DNA from: Lachnospiraceae bacterium
Lineage (GTDB): Bacteria; Bacillota; Clostridia; Lachnospirales; Lachnospiraceae
Assembly: GCA_900772845.1 (NCBI GenBank)
Contig: CAAGSD010000064.1
Span: forward strand, 969-64,968
DNA length: 64,000 bases
Direction of reading: 5' to 3'
Under the pieces are notes generated by a model. It did no database searches, was not told the origin of the DNA, and was given only the letters and a program-made list of their open reading frames with translations. The translations under genes and the position numbers were made by a program. This document shows positions 1-9,508 of the stretch, piece after piece (position 1 is the stretch's first letter; every line of letters begins with the position of its first letter).

Positions 1-11
1 ATCGCATCTGT

Positions 12-1352
12 CTACTTCTCTCCTACGTTTTTCTGTTCTTGATCTTTTTTATCCTGCTCAGAATTAACTTGATCTTTGATCTCATGATCCTTTTGTAACT
101 GGGATTCCAACTGATGGAAACCTTCCTCGTCAATATCCTTCAGATAAGAATACTTCGCAGTCTCTACCGGCAGGTCCTTTTTTCGAAGGAACGTATTGAC
201 TACCGCCTTAATCGCTGCATAGATCACCGCAAAAATAGGCACACCGACGATCATGCCGAGGATTCCGAACAATCCGCCGAATACCGTGATGGCGAAAATG
301 ACCCAGAAGCCGGTAAGACCCGTAGAATTACCCAGGATCTTGGGGCCTAAGAAATTGCCGTCAAATTGCTGCAGTACCAAAATGAACAACACGAAGTATA
401 CACAGTTTAACGGATGCATCGGATCCACCACAAGGATCAGGATCGCACTGGGAATCGCTCCCAGATAAGGCCCGAAGAAAGGAATAATATTGGTCACACC
501 CACGATCACGCTGACCAGTGCCGCATACGGTGTCTGTAATAAAGTAGTTCCAATAAAACACAGACATCCGATAATAAAGGAATCTACGATCTTACCACCG
601 ATAAATCCGATAAAGGTGCTGTGGGTAAAACGAAAACTCTTGATCAGACGGTTGGCTGAGTTCTGTTCGAAGAACGCATAAGCCATTTTCTTCGCCTGTC
701 CGGCAAACTTTTCCTTGCTTGCCAGTACATAAATGGAAATGATAAAACCAATGATAAAATCCCACAAGCCCTTCAAAATATTGATCACACTCAAAGATAC
801 CGTCATGATCAGCTGACTTGTCTTGGATAATACGGTATTATTTAACCAGTTTTCCAATTCTACAGAGTACTTATCGATCAGAAGTGTAATCTGACTGCCC
901 AGCTCCGGGTTATCATCCATGATCTTGTTGATCCATTTTGTGAAGTTATTGATATAAGTATCAAAATTAGATGCAATGTTTACAATACTGGGAACGATCT
1001 GGGAAAGCATCATGGCAACCAGACTGTAGATCAAAGCCACGAATAAAAAGGCCGTAATAAGGATGCCGATACCACGGACAATAGAATTACGCTTCTTATT
1101 CTCCTTCACCTTCATTTTCCGGCACAATGGGAATAACAATTTGGTTTCTATAAAATTAAGAACAGGGGTCAGCAGATATGCCGTCACCAGTCCAAACACT
1201 ACCGGCATCAGAATCCCGGTGATCATATGCAAGCCTGCCTTGATGCTGCTTCCATGGAATAACAGATAGTAAAAACAAAGGCTGGCGGCAATGGTTAAAA
1301 ATGCTGTCAATCCCCAACGAAAATACTTGTTATTTTTTAAGTCGTATTTCAT
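12..1352 (-). CDS. AI-2E family transporter (PerM/YdiK-like membrane permease)
   Basis: 446-aa ORF, multiple hydrophobic helices, conserved AI-2E-like C-terminal core followed by acidic/K-rich tail; RBS AAAGGTGTGG before ATG at 1352. Confidence 0.75.
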   Translation of the reverse strand: MKYDLKNNKYFRWGLTAFLTIAASLCFYYLLFHGSSIKAGLHMITGILMPVVFGLVTAYLLTPVLNFIETKLLFPLCRKMKVKENKKRNSIVRGIGILITAFLFVALIYSLVAMMLSQIVPSIVNIASNFDTYINNFTKWINKIMDDNPELGSQITLLIDKYSVELENWLNNTVLSKTSQLIMTVSLSVINILKGLWDFIIGFIISIYVLASKEKFAGQAKKMAYAFFEQNSANRLIKSFRFTHSTFIGFIGGKIVDSFIIGCLCFIGTTLLQTPYAALVSVIVGVTNIIPFFGPYLGAIPSAILILVVDPMHPLNCVYFVLFILVLQQFDGNFLGPKILGNSTGLTGFWVIFAITVFGGLFGILGMIVGVPIFAVIYAAIKAVVNTFLRKKDLPVETAKYSYLKDIDEEGFHQLESQLQKDHEIKDQVNSEQDKKDQEQKNVGEK

Positions 1353-1492
1353 ACACCCACACCTTTCTGTGAAACTTACTGCTTTTAATATACTATGGTT
1401 TTGGCCTTATCACAAGAAGAAATCTGTCGTTTTGGTTGAAAAAGAATTCCTGCAAGTATAAAATAGATAATAAGAAACGAATGGAGAACATT

Positions 1493-2224
1493 ATGACATT
1501 ACAAAAAGTACTCAGCCGTGTCAGGCAGGCTGTAGATGATTATGATATGATCGAGGACGGTGACACCATTGCCATAGGTATCTCCGGTGGCAAGGACAGC
1601 CTTACGCTCCTGCTGGCACTCAACGAATTAAGAAAATTTTATCCGAAAAAATTCAATATTCACGCTGTAACTGTTGATCTGGGCTTTCAAAATCTAGATC
1701 TTGACGAGATCCGGGCACTCTGTTCCTCCCGAGGGATTCCCTACACTGTAGTGGAGACCTCGATCGCAAAGATCGTATTTGAAGACCGCAAGGAAGACAA
1801 TCCCTGTTCTCTCTGCGCCAAAATGCGCAAAGGAGCTCTGAATGATGCAATCAAAGCCGCTGGCTGCAATAAGATTGCTTATGCTCACCATGAGGATGAT
1901 GTAGTGGAGACCATGCTGCTTTCCCTCTTCTACGAGGGACGCCTGCATACGTTCTCCCCGGTAACACATCTGGATAAGACCGATCTGACTGTGATCAGAC
2001 CTCTGATCTATATGCGGGAAGCCGAGGTCATTGGTTTTGTGAACAAATATCAGGTGCCGGTAGTCAAGAGCCCCTGTCCTGCGGATGGACATACGAAACG
2101 GGAATACATCAAAGAATTATTACAGCAGCTCCATCGGGAAAATCCCGGTGTCAAGGATCGTATTTTCACAGCGATCCAGCGAGGAAATATGGAAGGTTGG
2201 TCAGAATACTTTGGCAGTCATTAA
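1493..2224 (+). CDS. ttcA: tRNA 2-thiocytidine biosynthesis protein TtcA-family PP-loop ATPase
   Basis: SGGKDS PP-loop motif, CxxC (CSLCAK) motif; start chosen at ATG 1493 preceded by GGAGAA RBS (ORF extends to 1436). Confidence 0.75.
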   Translation: MTLQKVLSRVRQAVDDYDMIEDGDTIAIGISGGKDSLTLLLALNELRKFYPKKFNIHAVTVDLGFQNLDLDEIRALCSSRGIPYTVVETSIAKIVFEDRKEDNPCSLCAKMRKGALNDAIKAAGCNKIAYAHHEDDVVETMLLSLFYEGRLHTFSPVTHLDKTDLTVIRPLIYMREAEVIGFVNKYQVPVVKSPCPADGHTKREYIKELLQQLHRENPGVKDRIFTAIQRGNMEGWSEYFGSH

Positions 2225-3299
2225 AGAAGAAAATTACCATGACGAACAAAATAAGAATAACATCTTAAAGCTCCGGGCGGTTCTGGATACCCTTCCCACT
2301 TTCTGTAAGGATTTTTTCCGTGGAATTGAGCCTTATACTTCCACCAGGACCAGACTTGCTTATGCCTATGATATCCGGCTTTTTTTTGAGTTCCTTCATG
2401 AAAAAAACAGCTATTGCAATAAAATGGTGATCACAGAATTTCCGCTTGCCGTTCTGGATATGGTGCAACGGACGGATATTGAAGAATATCTGGATTTTAT
2501 GAGCCTGTACCAGAAAGATGGAAAAAATATCACGAACGAGGAACGGGGAAAGGCAAGAAAGCTGGCCGCTCTTCGAAGCTTTTATAATTACTACTTCCAG
2601 AACGAACAGATTGAGAAAAATACTGCGGCACTGGTTCCCTTACCGAAGCGCCATGAAAAAGAGATCATCCGGTTGGAACCTAACGAAGTGGCTATCCTGT
2701 TGGATCAGGTAGAGGACGGCACCAAGCTGACCAAAAAAGAACTGGAATATCATAAAAAGACAAAACTCCGTGACGTTGCTCTCCTGACACTTCTGTTGGG
2801 AACCGGTATCCGTGTATCGGAGTGTGTCGGACTGGATATTAACGATGTTGATTTCGATAACGGTGGCATCAAAATTCGCAGAAAAGGCGGTTATGAAGCA
2901 ATCGTCTATTTCGGGGAGGAAGTAGAAACTGCACTTTTAGATTATCTGGAACAGCGGGAACACATTATTCCGGCAGAGGGACACGAAAACGCATTATTTT
3001 TATCCCTGCAGAACCGTCGTATGGCAGTCCGCTCCGTAGAGAATCTGGTGAAAAAATATGCATCCCGCGTCACCACCCTAAAGAAAATCACGCCCCATAA
3101 ATTACGCAGTACCTACGGTACCGAGCTCTACAAAGAGACCGGAGACATCTATCTGGTAGCGGATGTCCTGGGACATAAGGATGTGAACACTACCCGTAAG
3201 CACTACGCCGCCCTGGAAGAACAACGCCGCCGACAGGCTGCCAATGCCTTTCACCTGCGGGAACACAGCAACAGACATTACGATCAGCCCGACAGCTAA
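2211..3299 (+). CDS. site-specific tyrosine recombinase (XerC/XerD-like, phage-integrase family)
   Basis: N-terminal SAM-like core-binding domain (LAYAYDIRLFFEFL), catalytic region with R..HxLR..Y (ITPHKLRSTYGT, LGHKDVNTTRKHY); no in-frame ATG after ttcA stop, so TTG at 2211 proposed as start (ATG at 2085 would overlap ttcA by 140 nt). Confidence 0.8.
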   Translation: MAVIKEENYHDEQNKNNILKLRAVLDTLPTFCKDFFRGIEPYTSTRTRLAYAYDIRLFFEFLHEKNSYCNKMVITEFPLAVLDMVQRTDIEEYLDFMSLYQKDGKNITNEERGKARKLAALRSFYNYYFQNEQIEKNTAALVPLPKRHEKEIIRLEPNEVAILLDQVEDGTKLTKKELEYHKKTKLRDVALLTLLLGTGIRVSECVGLDINDVDFDNGGIKIRRKGGYEAIVYFGEEVETALLDYLEQREHIIPAEGHENALFLSLQNRRMAVRSVENLVKKYASRVTTLKKITPHKLRSTYGTELYKETGDIYLVADVLGHKDVNTTRKHYAALEEQRRRQAANAFHLREHSNRHYDQPDS

Positions 3300-3300
3300 C

Positions 3301-3350
3301 AAAAGGCGCAAGTCATATTTCTTATGACTCACGCCTTTCTCTTCATTTCA
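3301..3350 (+). terminator. rho-independent terminator after recombinase gene (imperfect stem AAGGCGCAAGTCATA/TATGACTCACGCCTT then T-rich)
   Basis: hairpin seen directly in sequence 3303-3337 followed by TTCTCTTCATTT. Confidence 0.5.
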
Positions 3351-3663
3351 TTACTTAATTAATGACTGCTTAACAACACGCTAATTTTGAAATTGAATAC
3401 ACGTACTATAATGCCTAAATTGCATTGCCACTATCACTAATTCTAATAGTAACAGATTCCCGAATAATGCTGTTAAGCACTCTCAGTTCCTGAAGTGTAT
3501 CATTGAAATATGAGCTTGCAATGGACAAGATCCATTTTATCAGACAGCTCTATTATGAGCAAGGGAAAACAATCCCTGACTCATAAAAACGAATATACTT
3601 ACGGATTACATATACATAATTATTCGTAAGATTTTATGCCTGCTTCCTATAATTAGGATAATT

Positions 3664-3711
3664 TTTGAAAACAAAAAAAGCCCCATAAATGGCTTGTTTA
3701 CGCCATTTATG
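3664..3711 (-). terminator. rho-independent terminator for yneA-like gene (stem CATAAATGGC/GCCATTTATG, then GGGCTTTTTTTGTTTTC on minus strand)
   Basis: perfect 10-bp stem 3685-3694/3702-3711 with U-run on minus strand. Confidence 0.6.
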
Positions 3712-3759
3712 AAGCTCTGTTTACTATTCAAACTCAATGTGATCCGGTACATTTTCTTA

Positions 3760-4161
3760 TCACTTCACAAAATCATAAGAATAATACGGTATAATCAATG
3801 TCTGACCGGCTCTGACACTACCCTCTTCCGTCAAATGATTGATGCTCTGGACCTCTGCGATGTATTCATTCTTATCCTTATATTCTTCATAATCAATATA
3901 ACTGTCGGACAAATCCCATAAGGTCTCTCCGTAAGCAACCGTTACCTGTGTGTAATATTTGAATTTCAGCTGATTCTCACCGTTGCTGGCCATAGAACGA
4001 ATTCCATGGAAAGCTACCGCACAAACCACAATCATGCAAATCGTTGCCATCATAGTACAGATTCTGCGCTGAAGCTGTTTTCTTCTTTTTTGCTGTCTCT
4101 TATATGCTCTTAATTCTCTGTCTGTCATTCTATATACACTCTTCTGCTCTCTCATAACCAT
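3760..4161 (-). CDS. yneA: YneA-like SOS-induced cell-division inhibitor (single TM + C-terminal LysM domain)
   Basis: TM segment MMATICMIVVCAVAF followed by LysM (VTVAYGETLWDLS...GQTLIIP); divergent from lexA exactly as yneA in Bacillus; ORF extends to 4194 but first ATG lies inside a Cheo box, internal ATG at 4161 has GAGG RBS. Confidence 0.65.
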   Translation of the reverse strand: MVMREQKSVYRMTDRELRAYKRQQKRRKQLQRRICTMMATICMIVVCAVAFHGIRSMASNGENQLKFKYYTQVTVAYGETLWDLSDSYIDYEEYKDKNEYIAEVQSINHLTEEGSVRAGQTLIIPYYSYDFVK

Positions 4162-4187
4162 ATACCTCATATCAGAAAATTTGTTCG

Positions 4188-4201
4188 GGAACATTTGTTC
4201 T
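4188..4201. promoter_or_regulatory. LexA (Cheo/SOS) box GGAACATTTGTTCT
   Basis: GAAC-N4-GTTC palindrome matching Firmicute LexA consensus CGAACATATGTTCG; sits at the transcription start region of yneA-like gene just downstream of a TATAAT (minus strand). Confidence 0.7.
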
Positions 4202-4218
4202 TTATGTTTGTATTATAT

Positions 4219-4232
4219 CGAACATGCATTCT
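4219..4232. promoter_or_regulatory. degenerate Cheo box CGAACATGCATTCT
   Basis: left half-site perfect, right half ATTC; between divergent yneA-like and lexA genes. Confidence 0.45.
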
Positions 4233-4249
4233 GATGTCAAGGCGAAAAT

Positions 4250-4263
4250 CGAACATATTTTTG
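4250..4263. promoter_or_regulatory. degenerate Cheo box CGAACATATTTTTG (followed by ATATGTTTG half-site)
   Basis: left half CGAACATAT perfect; downstream AATATATGTTTGC resembles right half; upstream of lexA, consistent with autoregulation. Confidence 0.45.
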
Positions 4264-4438
4264 GAATATATGTTTGCTTTTTAGAATTTCCTATGCTATA
4301 ATTGTTTTGTAAATGATTTATGAAAGTCAGATTTTCCTTTCTGTTTTCATATATATTGACGTAATATCATAGATAAAAGTTGCACTGCAGACATTGAATT
4401 CCAAAAACATTAACAATATATAGTATGGAGGATATGAT

Positions 4439-5056
4439 ATGGGTTATGGCAAGATTACAGCCAAGCAGCAGGAGATCCTGGATTATATTAAAGATGAGAT
4501 ATTGAAAAAAGGCTATCCGCCTACAGTAAGAGAGATCTGTGAGACCGTGAATCTGAAGTCCACTTCTTCTGTTCATTCTCACTTAGAGACCTTAGAGAAA
4601 AACGGTTATATCCGCAGAGACCCGACCAAGCCCCGTGCCATTGAGATCTGTGATGACAGCTTCCAGATGGTACGTACTGAGATGATCAGCCTCCCAGTGA
4701 TCGGCAATGTGGCTGCCGGACAGCCTATCCTCGCTGAGGAGAATATTCAGGATTACTTCCCGGTTCCCGCCGATGTGGTACCCAAGGGAGAATCTTTCAT
4801 CCTGAACGTTCGCGGAGAGTCCATGATCAATGCCGGTATCTTCAATGGAGATCGTGTCTTTGTACATTCTCAGAGCACTGCTCATAACGGTGAAATTGTG
4901 GTTGCTCTGATCGATGATTCCGCTACAGTTAAGACCTTCTATAAGGAAAAGGGACATATCCGTCTCCAGCCGGAGAATGACACCATGGATCCCATCATCG
5001 TCGATGACTGTCAGATCCTCGGCACCGTGTTCGGCGTGTTCCGCTTCTACAAATAA
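4439..5056 (+). CDS. lexA: LexA transcriptional repressor (SOS regulator, S24 peptidase)
   Basis: N-terminal wHTH (QQEILDYIK...[33 protein letters not shown]), cleavage site region VAAGQP, catalytic Ser/Lys motifs (GESM ... [12 protein letters not shown]); GGAGGA RBS 6 nt upstream. Confidence 0.95.
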   Translation: MGYGKITAKQQEILDYIKDEILKKGYPPTVREICETVNLKSTSSVHSHLETLEKNGYIRRDPTKPRAIEICDDSFQMVRTEMISLPVIGNVAAGQPILAEENIQDYFPVPADVVPKGESFILNVRGESMINAGIFNGDRVFVHSQSTAHNGEIVVALIDDSATVKTFYKEKGHIRLQPENDTMDPIIVDDCQILGTVFGVFRFYK

Positions 5057-5082
5057 CCAGTGTGATATCATCCTATGATCAA

Positions 5083-5128
5083 ATAAAAAATTCCCCTGCA
5101 CAATCCTGTTGCAGGGGAATTTTTTATT
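5083..5128. terminator. bidirectional rho-independent terminator (AATTCCCCTGCA/TGCAGGGGAATT flanked by A-run and T-run)
   Basis: perfect 12-bp stem between convergent lexA and cytidylate-kinase-like gene. Confidence 0.85.
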
Positions 5129-5173
5129 ACAGCTCCATGAAATGAAATAACGTATTATATAATTTGCCGGACC

Positions 5174-5812
5174 TTACTCCTCCGGGAACCGTACCTTCAT
5201 ATAAGAAATGATCTCATCCACGCATCTTTCATATCCCAGTTTTGAGCTGTCCAGGCACAGATCGTAGTTCCTGGCGTCCGTCCATTCCCGTCCGGTATGG
5301 TACTTATAATACTCCGCACGGTGCTTATCCGTCTTCGCTACAAAACGCTCCAGTTCCTTCGGGCTCATGCTATGTTTCTTCGCAGCTCCTTCCAGACAAT
5401 ATTCCTTCGGCGCATGAATAAATACGCTGAGGACATTGGGATAATCCTTCAGGACATAATCCGCACAACGACCGATAATGACACAGGATTCATCCTTTGC
5501 CAGGTCACGGATGATCTTTGCCTGATAGTTAAACAGATTATCTGTGGAGGTAAAATCATCACTTTCCGGAGGAATCAGCTCTCCGTGATACTCCTTTTTC
5601 GCAATATGGAACAGCTTTGTGTTCTTGACCTTTTCATCCGCATTCACGAACAGTGCCTCATTGATACCGCTGTCGTCACTGGCCAGCTTCATCAGTTCCT
5701 TGTCATAGTAATGAACATTCAGCTTCTTCGCCAGCATTTCACCGATGGTTCTTCCTCCGCTTCCATACTGTCTTGCAATGGTAATGACTACATTATTCAT
5801 CCCGATCACCAT
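5174..5812 (-). CDS. cytidylate kinase-like family protein (AAA/NMP-kinase fold, paralog 1)
   Basis: ITIARQYGSGGRTIGEMLAKKL N-terminal motif typical of Cytidylate_kin2 family with lysine-less P-loop; last gene downstream of livF. Confidence 0.7.
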   Translation of the reverse strand: MVIGMNNVVITIARQYGSGGRTIGEMLAKKLNVHYYDKELMKLASDDSGINEALFVNADEKVKNTKLFHIAKKEYHGELIPPESDDFTSTDNLFNYQAKIIRDLAKDESCVIIGRCADYVLKDYPNVLSVFIHAPKEYCLEGAAKKHSMSPKELERFVAKTDKHRAEYYKYHTGREWTDARNYDLCLDSSKLGYERCVDEIISYMKVRFPEE

Positions 5813-5859
5813 ACCTTTCTGACTCTGCTGCTTCCACCTGCAGCGACTTACATAAAGGG

Positions 5860-6570
5860 TTATTCACCCAGATATGCTTTCTTAATGGAATCATTATTCA
5901 GAAGGTCGCTTGCCTTGCCTTCCAGAACAATCTTACCAGTCTCCAGCACGTAAGCTCTGTCTGCGATGGACAATGCCTTCTTCGCATTCTGCTCTACCAG
6001 CAGAACCGTGGTACCGCTCTTACTTACTTCCTGGATAATATCAAAGATCTCATTTACAAAAATGGGGGACAAACCCATGGAAGGCTCATCCATCAGAATA
6101 ATCTTCGGATGAGACATTAAGGCTCTGCCCATCGCCAGCATCTGCTGTTCGCCACCACTTAAGGTTCCTGCCATCTGGTTCTGGCGTTCCTTTAAACGAG
6201 GGAAACGATCAAATACTGTCTCTAAGGTCTGAGCGATTTCTTCTTTATCTTTTCTGGTGTAAGCCCCCATCATCAGATTCTGTAATACGGAAAGCTGTGC
6301 GAAGACACGTCTGCCTTCTGGTACATGTGCCATACCCATGGATACGATCTTATGTCCGGGAATCTTCACCAGATCCTGTCCTTCAAAGGTAATGGTGCCT
6401 TCCTTCGGAGTCAGTAGTCCGGATACGGTGTGCAGGATCGTTGTCTTACCGGCGCCGTTGGCTCCGATCAGTGCAATGACCTCGCCCTCATCTACGTGGA
6501 AGGACACACCTTTTATGGCCTGTATCATGCCGTAATATACTTTTATATCATTTACTTCTAACATTGCCAT
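5860..6570 (-). CDS. livF: branched-chain amino acid ABC transporter ATP-binding protein LivF
   Basis: Walker A GANGAGKTT, signature LSGGEQQML, Walker B ILMDEPS; start set at ATG 6570 (AGGAGG 9 nt upstream); ORF track uses GTG 6591. Confidence 0.9.
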   Translation of the reverse strand: MAMLEVNDIKVYYGMIQAIKGVSFHVDEGEVIALIGANGAGKTTILHTVSGLLTPKEGTITFEGQDLVKIPGHKIVSMGMAHVPEGRRVFAQLSVLQNLMMGAYTRKDKEEIAQTLETVFDRFPRLKERQNQMAGTLSGGEQQMLAMGRALMSHPKIILMDEPSMGLSPIFVNEIFDIIQEVSKSGTTVLLVEQNAKKALSIADRAYVLETGKIVLEGKASDLLNNDSIKKAYLGE

Positions 6571-6583
6571 AGCTGTTATCCTC

Positions 6584-7342
6584 CTATTCACCCAGATAAG
6601 CCTTGATGACTTCCGGATTATTCAGCACGTCGCTGGTCTTGCCCTGACACAGGACACGGCCAAAATTCAGAACCGTTAATTCTTCACAGATTCCACCTAC
6701 CAGCTTCATATCATGCTCAATCAGAAGGATCGTCATATCAAAATGCTCTCTGACAAAACGGATGGTATCCATCAACTCCAGTGTCTCGTTAGGGTTCATG
6801 CCTGCAGCAGGCTCGTCTAACAGAAGCAGCTTGGGTTTGGTTGCCAGCGCTCTGGCAATCTCCAGCTTTCTCTGCTTACCATAAGGAAGATTGTCAGCCA
6901 GTGTCTGCGCTTCCTCTTCCAGTCCGAACACTTTCAGAAGTTCCATAGCCTCTTCTGTCATCTGTTTTTCTACTTTATAATATCTCGGCAGACGTAAAAT
7001 ACCGGTCACAGTACTGTAACCCATATGATTATGCAGACCTACTTTTACGTTGTCGATCACAGACAGATCCTTGAACAGCCGGATATTCTGGAAAGTTCTT
7101 GCGATGCCGGCCTGATTGATTTCAATGGTCTTCTTGCCGGTGACATCGTTGCCATCCAGGGTAATAATACCCTCTGTGGGTTTATACACACCGGTCAGCA
7201 GGTTAAATACCGTAGTCTTTCCAGCACCATTGGGACCGATCAGTCCGTATAGAGCACCTTTTTCAATCTTAATATTAAAATCATCTACAGCACGAAGTCC
7301 ACCAAAAGAAATGCCTAAATTTTTTGCCTCTAATAATGCCAT
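6584..7342 (-). CDS. livG: branched-chain amino acid ABC transporter ATP-binding protein LivG
   Basis: Walker A GPNGAGKTT, LPYGKQRKLEIARAL signature, LLLDEPAAG; GGAGG RBS. Confidence 0.9.
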   Translation of the reverse strand: MALLEAKNLGISFGGLRAVDDFNIKIEKGALYGLIGPNGAGKTTVFNLLTGVYKPTEGIITLDGNDVTGKKTIEINQAGIARTFQNIRLFKDLSVIDNVKVGLHNHMGYSTVTGILRLPRYYKVEKQMTEEAMELLKVFGLEEEAQTLADNLPYGKQRKLEIARALATKPKLLLLDEPAAGMNPNETLELMDTIRFVREHFDMTILLIEHDMKLVGGICEELTVLNFGRVLCQGKTSDVLNNPEVIKAYLGE

Positions 7343-7344
7343 GA

Positions 7345-8427
7345 TTATTCAGCCTCCTTTTTTACAGACTTCTTGAATCTGGCTGCCACTTTTTCTCTCC
7401 ACTCAATACATTTCGGAGCCCAGTTGAACAGCATCATTACGATCAGTACGATGGAATAGATCAGCATACGGTAATCGTTCAGACCACGCAGCAGCTCCGG
7501 CAGCAGGGTCAGGATCACAGCCGCAATAATAGAACCACGGATATTACCGATACCACCCAGTACCACGAATACCAGGATCATAATGGACATGTTATATCCA
7601 AAGTTCTTGGGCAGTGCAGTCAGAGTAGACAGATTATGTGCATACAGTACACCGGCCACACCTGCCAATGCTGCGGAGATGGAGAACGCCATCAGCTTAT
7701 ATTTGGTAATATGGATACCTACGGATTCCGCTGCAATGGTATTGTCACGGATAGCCATGATCGCACGGCCGTCTCTGGAATGAATCAGGTTCAATACAAT
7801 GAACAATGTGATCAGTAACAATACTATACCGATGGTAAAGCTGGAATCATGTGGGGTTCCGGTAATGCCCTGTGCACCTTTGACAATAACATCTCCGTCC
7901 TCTGCCATATTCAGATCCATAGTATTGGTAAAGGAAATATGGAAACCATTCTCATCCCGGCCTACATACAGAATATTTACCAGATTCTTAATAATCTCAC
8001 CGAAAGCCAGAGTCACGATGGCCAGATAGTCACCTTTCAGACGAAGTACGGGAATGCCGATCAGCAGTCCGAAAATACCGGCAAAAAAGGCACCGATCAG
8101 AATTGCGATGAAAAAGCGAAGTCCGGAAGGCATTCCGCTATTCTCCATAACTTTGGAGAAAAACGCACTGGTGAAAGCCCCAATACACATAAATCCGGCA
8201 TGACCAAGGCTTAATTCACCCAGAATACCTACGGTCAGGTTCAGGGATACTGCAAGGATCGCATAAGTACACAGAGGTACCAACAGTCCCTGGATCAGGC
8301 TGCTCACACTTCCGGCGGATACCAGGATCTGCATGATCACATAAGCTGCGATCACCATGCCGTAAGTAATAAGGTTATCCCGGAAGGTTTTATTCATTTT
8401 CTTATTCGAATTCGATAATTTCTTCAT
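7345..8427 (-). CDS. livM: branched-chain amino acid ABC transporter permease LivM
   Basis: polytopic membrane protein following livH, LivM-like length and hydrophobicity. Confidence 0.85.
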   Translation of the reverse strand: MKKLSNSNKKMNKTFRDNLITYGMVIAAYVIMQILVSAGSVSSLIQGLLVPLCTYAILAVSLNLTVGILGELSLGHAGFMCIGAFTSAFFSKVMENSGMPSGLRFFIAILIGAFFAGIFGLLIGIPVLRLKGDYLAIVTLAFGEIIKNLVNILYVGRDENGFHISFTNTMDLNMAEDGDVIVKGAQGITGTPHDSSFTIGIVLLLITLFIVLNLIHSRDGRAIMAIRDNTIAAESVGIHITKYKLMAFSISAALAGVAGVLYAHNLSTLTALPKNFGYNMSIMILVFVVLGGIGNIRGSIIAAVILTLLPELLRGLNDYRMLIYSIVLIVMMLFNWAPKCIEWREKVAARFKKSVKKEAE

Positions 8428-8448
8428 AATCTACACCTGCCTCTTCCC

Positions 8449-9333
8449 TTATACTTTTTCCTGAATATTCTTGCCAAACAATCCGGCAGGTTTTACCAGA
8501 AGCACAACGATCAAAACTGCAAAAACAATTGCATCTGCCATCTGGGAAGAAATATAGGCTTTGCCGAAGATTTCAATAATACCGAGCAGAATACCGCCTA
8601 CCAATGCGCCGGGAACAGATCCGATACCGCCGAATACGGCAGCTACGAAGGCTTTGATACCGGGCATGGAACCAGTATAAGGTGTCAGGGAAGGATATGC
8701 GGAACATAACAGTACGCCTGCCACTGCAGCAAGTCCGGATCCGATGGCAAAGGTAAGTGCTATGGTTCCGTCCACATTGATACCCATCAGCTGAGCAGCC
8801 CCCTTATCCTCGGATACGGCTAACATTGCCTGACCGGCTTTCGTCTTATTAATAAAAAACATCAGACCCGCCATAATGACCAGACAGGTCACAATCGTCA
8901 CGATCGTCTCTCCGGTGATATTGATCTGGCCGTCTGCCAGCTTTACGGCTGGAACAGATACTACAGAAGTAAATGCCTTGGCATTTGCCCCAAAGATCAA
9001 AAGTGCTACATTCTGCAGCAGATAGCTGACACCGATGGCGGTGATCAGAACTGCCAACGGAGAAGATGCCTTTCTGAGGGGCTTGTATGCCACCTTTTCT
9101 ATAGCCATTCCCAACAGGGTACAAGCGATAACAGCTGCAAGGACACCGATTACGGGAGAAAGTCCCATGGTACTGCACATTGTATATGTAATAAATGCAC
9201 CGACCATAATGACATCACCATGTGCGAAATTCAGCATCTTAGCAATACCGTATACCATGGTATAACCTAATGCGATCAACGCATAGACACTTCCCAGGCT
9301 GATACCGTTGATCAGATAACCGATAAAACTCAT
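8449..9333 (-). CDS. livH: branched-chain amino acid ABC transporter permease LivH
   Basis: polytopic permease; start at ATG 9333 with GGAGGT RBS. Confidence 0.85.
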   Translation of the reverse strand: MSFIGYLINGISLGSVYALIALGYTMVYGIAKMLNFAHGDVIMVGAFITYTMCSTMGLSPVIGVLAAVIACTLLGMAIEKVAYKPLRKASSPLAVLITAIGVSYLLQNVALLIFGANAKAFTSVVSVPAVKLADGQINITGETIVTIVTCLVIMAGLMFFINKTKAGQAMLAVSEDKGAAQLMGINVDGTIALTFAIGSGLAAVAGVLLCSAYPSLTPYTGSMPGIKAFVAAVFGGIGSVPGALVGGILLGIIEIFGKAYISSQMADAIVFAVLIVVLLVKPAGLFGKNIQEKV

Positions 9334-9462
9334 GTGAACTACCTCCATTCATGCGATTGCACAAATCTTCCATAAATAATCTTCTGTTTTCTAATAAAAC
9401 AAATTCAAAAATAAGTATAACAGAACAATGAATTAATAGCAACTGTTCCGTCGAAAAGGAAA

Positions 9463-9487
9463 GAGGGCTACCCTGCGGTAACCCTCT
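9463..9487 (-). promoter_or_regulatory. intercistronic stem-loop between livJ and livH (GAGGGCTACC/GGTAACCCTC, followed by U-rich tract on minus strand)
   Basis: hairpin with 1 mismatch seen in sequence; position typical for partial terminator setting binding-protein:permease stoichiometry. Confidence 0.45.
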
Positions 9488-9508
9488 TTGGAAACTTTCT
9501 TCAGCAAA

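Noticed and set aside
2085-2210. ATG at 2085 as recombinase start (ORF-track start)
   Set aside because: Would create a 140-nt out-of-frame overlap with ttcA and add a non-conserved 42-aa extension; TTG 2211 is more parsimonious, though it remains unverified
4592-5101. 169-aa ORF antisense to lexA (and similar antisense ORFs inside ttcA, cmk-like, mrdA, mutL, SulP, pepT, thrC, GH25, rnfE)
   Set aside because: Each lies entirely within a well-supported gene on the opposite strand, lacks an RBS and recognisable domains, and has the codon composition of a reverse-strand shadow ORF
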